Source of the DNA: Eledone cirrhosa
Taxonomy: Eukaryota
Reading direction: 5' to 3'
Length of the DNA stretch: 64,000 nt
Assembly: GCA_964016885.1 (NCBI GenBank)
Contig: OZ024740.1
Span: 305,164,001-305,228,000 of the forward strand
Of this stretch, positions 35,293 through 47,100 are shown in pieces. The notes below the pieces were generated by a model that was given only the letters and a program-made list of their open reading frames with translations, was not told the origin of the DNA and made no database searches. Every line of letters starts with the position of its first letter. Position 1 is the stretch's first letter. Made by a program: the position numbers and the translations under genes.

Positions 35293-38200
35293 CTCGGAAA
35301 TCATCTATTTTGAAATGTACACAAATACTGTTTCCCCTTGGGAATTATCAGTTCAACCAGCGCGTATATAATATATATATATGGATTTTCTAAACTGTAT
35401 ATATCTGCAGTTACTCAACCACACATCGCATATTCTATTATGCAGTGTAGTGTTTAGTAAGATATATATATATATATATATACCCCTATTCTTATTTATT
35501 CAATACACAGGAACTAATCAGAAGATTTACTAAGCTGTTGATGTTTTGTCATAAAATGTATTGTTTGGTCAGGAACCGTGGTTCATTGAACTTTCAACTT
35601 CCTAATATCGATAGGAAGGGCATGAATGTCACAATTTCACATTTCTCTTTATATTTCTAAAGATGTGATGCTTACCTGTTGTCAAACTTTTACTTTTTAT
35701 TTAGTGCTTAAGCTAAGTCTTTTGAACAGTAATCTAAATTTTCGGCTTTTGGATGACATACTTCTTGTTTGATGACCTTTCAGTGAGCAGATCTGTATGT
35801 ATGCCCATTGAAATGGGCATAATCAGGATTAGTTGCTTAATACCTATGTGATAATAACATGGTCGTTATTTTGTGTGTATGAATGTGCAATCAATTCAAT
35901 CTGTGGATATAAAAATTCAGCAAGAAGCAATTGATTTGTTGACTGATTTTTAGCTGCTAGTCAAGCATGTTCAATGAACTTATATGAATTGTTGGCCTGG
36001 ATAACACTGAAGACTACTGCCCTTCAACATCATACTAGCTGCTTCAAGACAGCTACAGAAACTCATACTCCATTGTGAACTCACTCTAAGTATCTAGCAC
36101 AGTGGTTGAGTTTGTTGGTTCAACAAAAACAGATTAACTGATGCTGATCATGATGAATATCATTTTTGTAGGTAACATAATAGAAGTATTTCTTTTACTA
36201 TCCATCCATCCTGTCATTGCCTTCAACTCAATATTTCAGTCCCAGCTTAACAAGCTGATGCCAGATTATTAAGCTAAATTAATCAGTTGCTGTTCTGCTT
36301 TTTTCCTGATCAATTAGAAACAACTGCATTTATTAATGAACAATAGGTTTCTCTTTCTCTTAACACTCTAATTATGTGTGAGTGTATATACACACAGAAG
36401 TACAATAGGAATCTGTATGGAAATGTTAATAAAGTTATTAGTTTCTCAATACCAGATATATTTAATCAGCATGACAAAAAGCACCCAACCCACACTGTAA
36501 AGTGATTGTGTAGGTGTCACAACAAAAAGCACTCAGCCCACATTGTAAATGTGGTTGTGTAGGTGTCACAATAAAAAGCATCCAGCCCACAGTGTAAAGT
36601 GGGCGTGTAGATGTCACAACGAAAGCACCCTGCCCACACAGTAAAGTGGTTGTGTAAGTGTCATGACAAAAAGCACCCAGTACACACTGTAAATGTGGTT
36701 GATGCTAGGAAGGGCATCCAGCCATAGAAACCAAGCCAGAAACAGTTCTGTATGAGCAATACATGGTCACCTGACCTGACTTGCCTCAAACAGGACAACC
36801 TGTCTAACCCATGCTAACATGGAAAATAGATGTTAAACAGTGATGATAATTTCCAATGACTGAACCTATTTTGAAACTTAGTTTTTTATATAAAATGTCC
36901 AACTCCCTTGGGCAAATGACTAATTAGGTTGATATTTAAGTCAACAAAATGCTGTGGTGAGGAAAAAAAAACTGCTTTAACTTTAAGAATTGTAAATCAT
37001 CTATTGAAAAGGAACTTAAAATTCTGCACTTTGCACCACAAGTGCACAATATCCCAAGTGTTTCACTTTCTCAGAGACTTGGTCTGTTGTGCAAAATCAC
37101 AAACAAGCAGAATGCAGAGAGAAGAGCTACCATCTGCAAAACACAGTTCTGAAGCATCTTAAAACATACTTATATATTCTGGATGAATGTTTGACATAAC
37201 ATATTCAACCAATGCAATCCAAAGGAATGATCTCAGGATCATTGTAGTTGATGGAGCTGATGCTGCAAAAAGAAAATTGCCATCGTCTGCCTACATCACA
37301 GTGGGAGATTGCTACAATGATGATGGCTACAACTCTATTTCAAGTAATGCTATCACTTGATTCTTAAGCATGAGTAGCATAGATGTGACTTTTTAGTCCT
37401 GCTAAGGAGTTGCAGTAGCAGGATGACAACCAGGTCCAGGCTGCAGTGCCCCGAGATACCTGCCAGGCCAACAAAAGCAAAAGATGTCATATATCAAGTA
37501 ATTCCTGTGGGTAAAACTTATTTAAGTGAGAAAGGCTTTGCACAGAGCCAATCCCACTCTCTGAACATTGAATGCATTTATCCAAAAATTAGAAATGGTC
37601 TACATCATTGGATGCAAATGAAGTCGCAGGTTTTACATTAGAGTGACCTTCTCCTTGAGAGATGTCTTAATAAAGACTAGGATCGCTCACTCCACTGCCC
37701 CCCTAAAAAAAAATCTTTATTGGATGACTGTTGACTTTCCTAAGTTCCTCCACCCTTTGATGGGTTTTGTTTTTCATCCCACAGGTTGTCCAAAATCGCC
37801 CTCCTCACCAAGCAAGCTTGTGAGGATACTGGTTTAGTTGCCAATGACCCAACCATGCACAGGTTGGATTACTAGTTGCACTGAACTATTAAATATACAT
37901 AGCCTTATAACCTATTGTAACTTGAAACTATACTTCCATGCATGCACACATCTTGTCATTTAACAAGAGTTTCAACATAACTAAACTTCTGGACTATTAA
38001 TATTATCTTTAGAGTGTATATTTGCATTATTCATATCGACACTGTTTTGTTTGGTTCAAACTTCCATCATCGTTAGGTGTCTTAATCTTGTACATTGTCC
38101 GGAATTTAATTCGAACAAAGAACCTTTAAAAGACACTTGATGACTATTAGAAACCAAACCTATTACGATACCGTGTCAATATAAATCTTGTAAATATGCA

Positions 38201-41200
38201 TTCAGAAGAAAAGTTAATAGTCTGAAAAATAGAGAACGTTCAGAATTACCATGTACATGAAGTAAGGACTACTCATTTAGGTGATGTTCTGTAATGAGCT
38301 CAGTCAAAGTAGGTGGGGGAAAAAACCCATTTTATATAACCTTGGTTTGGTTCACAAGTATATTCAGTTAGAAATTCAAATCTTTTCCTCTCTCTCTAAC
38401 TTACCCTTTGCTTCTGTGTACCAGCCAACAAGATGGAAAATACATTGCTGTTGAGGACAGCGAGGAAGATGTGCTGGAACAGCCACTCCACTTCGCAGGG
38501 CTTGCCCCTGCAGGTGGCCAAGAATGCCAGAAGTCTCCACTGCTGCAGGATCTACCACAAACCTGAAAAATTGTAACCTTAACTCATCTCAGACAGTGGA
38601 TCAAACTTCTGAACACTACAATTGGAATTATCTTAACAGAATATTAAATGTAGTCAACTATAGATTAACCATAGGACTCCTCTTTGTACCCAAATATCCA
38701 ATAAACTCGTTGAATTAAGTTTTTTAAAAATAACCAATCTAAGAAAATAGCAGATTAAATAATTTCAGATGAAATGGTTTATAATGGTAAAATATAAGTG
38801 ATGCAGATTCTGTTGGTTTTAAATAGTGAACCTAAATGTATCTTCTTAAGACAAAGTTTAGAATAACTAGAGTCTGGTGGGTAATGTTTTAATCTACCAA
38901 TAAATTGGTTGTGAGTTTGTATCTGCTACAGACATTTTCTTGTATCTCTGGTAAAAAATAATCAATTGTCACTTCATTTAACTGGAGATGAGGTGCTGGC
39001 CTTTTTATAGATAAATTACATGAAGTAAACCAGCATCCTATCTATGACTAAATTTGTCTTATACTCATTTGACAGAATCTGACAATAAGCAGCAGCTTTA
39101 ACCCTTTAGCATTTAAACTGGCCATATCCAGCCAGAATTCTCTCACCTCTTTCTGTTCAAAGTGGCTGTAACCAGCCACTCATACTGATGTTAAGGTATT
39201 GTTCTCAAAATAAACAATATCAGAATCTCATAGATTCGATATTATGTGAGATATGTGAAATAAAGTGTTTACCATGAAAATACAATAGTAAATATAGAGT
39301 AATGTAAATGCTAAAGGGTTAAAGTAACTGTTCTTCTGGGATTATTATAGAATAAATGTATGTATTTTACAATCGGATAAACCTTTGACTAACTAGTTAT
39401 ATTCCCTCTTAAAATCTACCTATAGACTACTGTAGCATTGCAACTCTCTTGTTTTACAAAAATTAAAACCTGATAATATTTTAGCATATATGTTGGTGAT
39501 CATCCATTATCTTTGCCTTGCTAAACTTAACCAGAACCAAAGTCTTAGTAAGTAGGAAAGAAGACAGGATCAAGGGTCGTGTTCAGTTTGTAGAAAAGGG
39601 GTGAGTGGTGGAGTCATAGGCAGGGTAACAGAGAAAATAGATTTTGTGTGAGGTGCAGGAATGGTTAGTAGTAAGAACATTAATACACTCAGTCCAATGA
39701 AGACTCCATAGAAGTAATTGATAGCCTCTGTTACCTTAGTGACTTCATTGGCAGTGGAGGAGGGTGCTTTGAAAGCATAGTAGCCAAAATAAAATAGGAT
39801 GGGGAAACTCTATGCAGCTATTAACTTTGCTGGCAACAAAAGGATTCTTTCTCTCTCTCAGAGCAAAGGGTAGATTATATGATGTCTGCATGTGAATATG
39901 ATGTCTGCATGTGAACCATTGGGCAGATTTTGTGGGCAAAACCAGCCGACAAGAGGCCCAGGGGTAGACTCTGAGCAAACTGGTTGGATAACACCCATGA
40001 GCTTGGCTGGTCTTGCTTGAGGATTCAGCTGGATCAATTGGAAATGGTTACTTCTGACAGGACCCTCTGTAAGTGGACAAAGTAAGAGGGTTCTTATCTT
40101 TGAAGCAATTGTTTTTGCAACTAGATTTCCTACCTATTGATAACTACTCCACCATAAGATAAGAATGGAACGTGTTCTTTGTGTCAGGTGCCTTGCTCAG
40201 AGACACAATGCAATGACTAATATAATCTGAACTGATGAATGTGTCAAAGGTCCACAATACCATAACCTCCCAACCATTGTCTTGAGAAGAGGAGTACATT
40301 TGCATTGATTATATATCATCATTCAATGGTCAGTTTCTATGCTGGCAAGGTTTAGACTGGTCAATATTTTTGCTTACATACAGGTTTGGGCATGGATTTG
40401 ACAACTAAATGCCCTTTCTATCGTTCACTAACCACTTACAGAGGGTACTGGGTGCATTTTATCATGAGATCAGCACTAGTTAGGTTGCTATGTCTCTAAT
40501 GTGATTGAAGAGTTCTCTTGGTTCAGTTTCAGTAGCTGAATGCCCTGCTTGACCTGTCTAAAAAACCCTCTCTAGTTTGTCTCAAGGTAGCCATGAAAAA
40601 GAATTATAATAGGAGGGGGGAGAAGAAAGAATAACAAGTATGATGCCATGGGTGTATGACAGTTATGGTAGAATTTAACAGGGTGATGTGAGGTAGAAAA
40701 AAGGGTTGGAATGACCTCGGGATAGTCAGTGGTACAGTGCTAAGGAAAATAGTTACTAAAGAGTGATGATAAACAGGCTGGATATGAACAGGCCAGAGGT
40801 GACATCCACTACAGGGTTGTGGCACTGTAATGGAGGAAGATGATGATGGGAAGTGGTCTGAATTATTCTGGGTGTGTAATTGACATTTCTCTCAATGTTA
40901 TAGTCTCACCCTATGATGTCTTTAGTTAAGGGGAATGTCTAGAGCAGGGGAGTTAAGAACATGTGGCCTTTGAGACCCTGAAGTGCAGTCTTCCTGAAGA
41001 TGTCTGGATTTTGCATTAAGAAAATAAATCTTTATTGATTTGAGTATTTAGTGCCATCATTTTCCAGCTGCTTTCCATGTTGGCATGGCTTGGACAAGTC
41101 ATAACTGTCAAAAATCAGTTCTGATTCAGTTATTGCCTTTCTCTTGCACATGGATTCTATTTTGGGCAAGAGAGGGAGATATTGAGAGAGAGAGAGAGAG

Positions 41201-42385
41201 AGCAAGTGATGAGTAATAGGGATAGGCAGTGGCAAGAGGGAGTGATGACTATAAATGAGTGACCTGGGGGAGAGGGAGAAATGGCTAGTAGTGCAAAAAG
41301 TGATATTAGTCACATCTGGACAGCTCTATTACAATCACTCTTTATGAGGTATTGTGATGTGAGAGATAAGGTAATAATGTTGGTAGAAGGGGTTGACTTG
41401 TGATGGATTCAATGCTATCTCTCATTATATAGGCAGCATAGTAGGGTGTATAGGTGAGAGAACATTGAAGAGAAAGGCAGTAACTTTGAATCAGGACTGA
41501 TTTTGACAATTATGACTTGTCAACCCACGCCAACATGGAAAGCAGCTGTAAAATGAGAATAGATGTATACTTAACAGGAATATTATGAGAAACTGACCCA
41601 AATGTGGATAAAATGGAATGTTCTAAAATTCTTATATGGTCAGTTTACATTTTTTTTTTTTTCTTTAATATTTATACTTACATTTTTTCATATATCTAAT
41701 GAAATCTTTAATGCAGTCTTATCAGTCTCTCAAGCCAGAAGACTCATCAGGTCGGTGCTTATCTGAAGCCCCCTTCCGGTCCCATCCCAGACATAACACC
41801 AGTCTATCACCGGTTAAACCCCCAGCTACTGTTGCCGGTACTCATTTTCAGCTGAGTATACTGGAACAACTTGAAATGAAGTGTTTTGCAACACTGTCTA
41901 GGAATCAAACCCACAATATTAGGATTGCAAGTCAATTAACCTTACCACAAGGCCATACACCTCCTCATATTAGAGCATGTTTAATTAAATCTGGTCTTCA
42001 AATATTAAAAGTTTTCCTGCTATTGCTAGGCAGAGGGCACTGATCTTTAGCAACTTAACTGTGCTTATATATAGATAGATCAAATACATATATATTATAT
42101 AATCTATATGAAGTTAGTGAGGTCCATCTCCTATGCTGGTCACACCCACGGGAGAAGTTGTATTGCAAGCTGACAACAACTGGCAATTTTTAGTGCTGTC
42201 ACTACTTACCCCATCATCATCGCTGTTTTATGTCAGTTTTCCTGGTTTTCATAGTTTGAACTGTGATGTTCTGAGGCTAGACAGAGCAAGATGACTCTCT
42301 ACCTCATTCATATATTCAATTCTGGCATGGTTTCTAAAACTGGATGCCTTCCTAACACCAACCACTTCACAGCATGTATTAGGTG

Positions 42386-42416
<31 letters not shown>

Positions 42417-44074
42417 CTCATGGCACCCCTACTACCACTTGACAGAGTAGACTTTTATGTGGCACCATCACTACCATTTTAAAGTGTGGATTGGGTGCAT
42501 TCTGTGATAGTAGTTGTACTACTACTTTGCAGAGTGGGCTACTGTGCTAATTTGTTTCCACTCTACAGTATCTATTTACTGTGAGAAGTCCTAGAAACAA
42601 CATAGGGCCAATAACAAGATATGAAACAATACAACCTGGGCTTGGTTGTTTTTTTTAAATTAGTATATAATGGAATATAATTATTGTGCTCTCACTTTTG
42701 ATTCACTTTTCTCAAAGTTTACATATTTGCTTTCTATCTGCAGCAAATCTGCTTAACAAAATCTAAACACACAGTCCATAGTTCTGTAGATTTGAATATT
42801 TATATGAATTGCTGGGATATGTATTGTTAAAGCTGCTAAGTATTGTTCACTCTCGGATAGGTTTGTGGTAGAGCCTGTAGCAGTGGAGACTTCTGGTATT
42901 CTACCCAGGGGTAGACCCAGAGCAAAATGGTTGGATAACATCCATGAGCTTGGCTGGTCTCGCTGGATCAGTTGGAGATGGTTGCTTCTGACTGGACCTG
43001 CTGGAAGGAGTGTTTGAGGACTCGGCCTCCATGACCCTCTCAGGAATAAGTGGGCAAAGAAGATTTAAAACACATGAGCAATGTCTTTCATTAGAAATAT
43101 GGTAACAATAGGTTACACATTTTTTTTTCTGGCAGTGAATTGAACACATGAATTTAAAGTGGGTGCCTTTTAATAATTCTAGCAACTTTAATCATTCAGG
43201 ATTTAATTATAAAGGTCAGGGTCACATAGGGAGGCTCTAAGCTATTGAATCCAGTAGGGGATTCACTATTTATCAATATTTAAGAGAAGAAAGCTGTGTA
43301 ACAATTGAAATTAGAAAGAATGCTGTCAGGATACATAACAGATCTGAGAAATAGAGGCTGCTTCTTTAGAGAATTTTAAGATGAGCCTTTAAATATACAA
43401 TTTAAGATTTTGATCAATAGGAAAATACTAGAAATTAGTTCCTAGTGAGTTAAATGATTGAATGTATTAAATTTCTGAGATTACTCAATTGCCTCAGACC
43501 TCCAGCAAGAATAACCACTGAACCCATGCCAAAATGAAAAAAGGAATGGATAGAAATGTGGTTGAAAGCACTTATTAATCTTGTCAAGACCAACCTCTTT
43601 AGTGCTGATGGCCCTCCAAAGAACTTGTCCAGTACATGCTGCAAAGTGTTTGGTGATAGGAAATGTATTCAGTTGTGAAATTAATGACATTCACAAGAGT
43701 TTGCCAGTTTTTCTTTGTTGTTGTTTGCCAGATGATGAAGGAAGGCAACAGATAGCTAGATGTTGTGACACCCATCCAACCCCAGAATGTAAAAATGTTT
43801 GCAAATTGATGATTAAAATACTTCCATACACTTGTAGTCATCAGAAATTGTGTTAAATCATTTCTTAAATATAAATTATAATAAAATTGTAATGAATGAA
43901 AAAATAAATCCGATATTTTGAGAGGCCCTAAATTGTAACGTGTTCAGTGTATGTTTGATAATAGTTGATTCAAGGTTTTAGATGTGTGTGTATTGTGAGA
44001 GCACATAAATCAAGACAACTCAGTAGGTTAGCCAGATCTGAAGAGTGTGGATTTTAAGTATGTGTAATGGTTTG

Positions 44075-44105
<31 letters not shown>

Positions 44106-47100
44106 GTTTCTATTTTAGGCACAAGGCCAGCAATTACCCAGTACATTACTGGTACTTTATTTTATCGACCCCGTAAGGATGAAAGGCAAAGTTAACCTCG
44201 CCGGGATTTGAACTCGGATCGTAAAGGGACGTAACTGTGCTGGAAAGCATGTCTGACCCTCTATCAATACTGCCAAAACACCCATTTTTCCACACAAACA
44301 TAAGTTAGATGAATTGTCCAAATGTGAGCCAAGCCAAAGTGAATAGCCATGACCCACTCACACTGGACTGGTTTTGGCTTGGTCTTTATGGTTGGATGTC
44401 ATTCCCACTACCAACCACATTTACAGTGTGTGCTAGGTGCTTTTTTATCTTTGTACCAAAATTACATTTACAGTGTGGACTGGGTGCTTTTTGTTGTGGG
44501 ACTTACACAACCACTTTACGGTGTAGACTGGGATGGAGAGGTGCATGGTGATTGGAGAGGTAGATCTATGGTGGAGCACTTATCAGGTGAGGGGGGGGGG
44601 GTCAAGGGATGGGTGTTAGGGCATTGGAGTTGTATGGGAAGGGGCATTAAGAGAGAGTTGTGCATACTAGATGTAATGCTTCAACCTGTACACATGGGAA
44701 GGCAGGTCTTCTGTATTACTGCATAACGCCAGAGATCTCGATCCTGTGCCATCACCTTCGAGAGGTGTAATTTTGCAAGGTCAGCTTTTATCACCTCATC
44801 CCAAGTCTTCCTATGTCTTCCTTCTCCATAGCTTCCATCAACTTTGAGTGCCCTGTACCTTTTTATACAACTGTGGTCTGGCATATGCATGACATGTCCA
44901 TACCAGGTCTCACTACCATGCAACTTTGTTGTTCATTTAAACGCACCATACAATCTGCCCTTCATTTTGAGGGAAAAACCATTTGTAGTTAGCAGCCATA
45001 GTATCTCCCTGAACTTTCTCCATCCTGTTCACACTCTGGCTACTGTACTTTCGACACACCCTCCTCTACTGCTAATTTGGTCACCCAGGTAGCAGAAGCT
45101 GTCAACTGCTTCTACTGGACCTTCCAAGAGTTTGATAGTGCTTGTTTCCTGTGAGTTTGTTACTTACTGCTCCTGTGCAACAGCCACAAGTAAAACCTAC
45201 ATTCTTAGCTAACCTACCTGAGGTCCCACTACATCTCTTGTAGCTGGCATTTAAGACAGCAGATGGACTTTCTACCCATCCCTTTCCTTCACACTGAGCA
45301 GGGCCATTTCCCAGAAGGGATCAGGGCCTTATTTTCCTTTCTGCTTACTAGGACTTTGCCAAGTTTACTCTTAGACTTCTTGATTCCAGGTCAGGAATTT
45401 TTTTCTCTAATTCTGTCAGAGATTTAGCTATGAGAGTTAGATCAGCATACAGGAGTTCCCAAGGGCATCATGTTTTAAACTCTTCTGTTATAGCTTGGAG
45501 GACGATAATAACCAGGATAGGGCTAAGGACCTCTACTTGCACACTAAACTCCTCACTATAGCTATTATTAACTTAATGAGAGCACCTCTGTATTTGGCTT
45601 CTACTGCCCTCAATAACCACTCTTCTACTCATAGTTTCTTAAGTGCCCACCAAATTACAGAATGGGGAACCCTGTCAAAAGCTTTCTCGGGGTCAACAAA
45701 TATGTAGAGGGATTTGCTTTTAGCTAGATACTTCTCCTGCAGTTGTCTCACAAGGAAGTGGGCATCCATGGTACTTTCTCCTGGCACAAATCGGAACTGC
45801 ATCTCGTTTGGGTTAATTTGATCCCTAATCAGTTGTACAATGACTCTTTATATATATATATATATATATATATATGTAAATGAAGTAATTCCGTCGGAAA
45901 AGTCCAGGAAAAAAGAGTGCTCTATGTAGGTAACAGAGCTTAATAGTTATGTAATGTAGAGTGCTCAACTAATCGTAATTACATAACTATATATATGTAT
46001 ATATATATATTCTGCTACAGCCAACTCTCCTCTATCTTTCTAATGAAGGACTAGCATCCAAAACGTTTAGACTCTTTTCCTACTATATCAAGCATAAAAC
46101 TAATATTGTACTGTGTTGTTTGCTTTGTTATTTGTTTGCCTTTTACATACATGTATATGTATATTCATTCATTTGTTTTGTTCATCAATGGTCATTCTGT
46201 TCAGTTAATCACTAGCAGTGTATCCCGGTGTTGCACAGGTAAGAACATTGGTAATAGCACCTCCATTGAAAAACCTTTATTTGTGAGTGCCTGTTAAAAA
46301 CTCACGAAAATATACCGACAGGAAACTTATTTTATTTGGAGAAAATTAAGAAGTTGAAAGTATAGTTTAGCTGTCTACGTGCATTGTTCATAGAAATATT
46401 GTTGAGCCCCTTCTTTTCATACTCCTCTGTTTTGGCCTATTGGAGTAAGTGTGAAAGAAAGTCACAGGTTAAGTTGGCAGAAGGTTCCAGTGCAATAGCA
46501 GTAAGGCGTAGGCTACTTACCTCAAAAGTTCATTCACACTCTTTCCACTAAGTTACTCTTTCTCTCTATCACTCTCGGTGCAGTCCCTTGTGAATTTCTC
46601 ACGTAGGCCTGGTGTAGATTTTCACCCGATCCATCTGCCTGATGCACATGTCCGCTTTGTATGGCTTTTGGACGAAGGAGTGACCAGCAGTATGTTGTTC
46701 GGTATTATTACGAAAAGGTGTAGCAGAGAATCCTGCGTGAACTAACAGCTCAGGAGGAAACTGCTTACCTTGAAGATTCATTTGCCATCGTTCTTGTCAA
46801 CGCTCCGTTTAGTTGGTATTTGTTGGTCTACAGTTAGATGAATGGCGCACAAAGGGTTAATGTTTATTGGCAAGAAGTGGCAATTGGGCTGGCTTGCCTC
46901 GCTTATATTATATATTAAAATAACAGATTAAAGTTTAAGCAGAGAATTGCTGCTTTCACCCTTAACGGGATCTTCTGAAACTAAAAAAATCAATCTGTGA
47001 ACGCAGAAGTAGATATTTCGAAAAACGTTGCAACCGAAGGAAAACAGGAAGATGATACTTTGGTTCACGAAGACGTTACTTTGGTTCGCGAAGACATTCC

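Noticed and set aside
38520-42905. ~45-bp inverted match between 38523-38565 and 42858-42900 as TIRs of a 4.4-kb element
   Set aside because: No TSD or transposase; adjacent to LINE debris, so more likely dispersed repeat fragments
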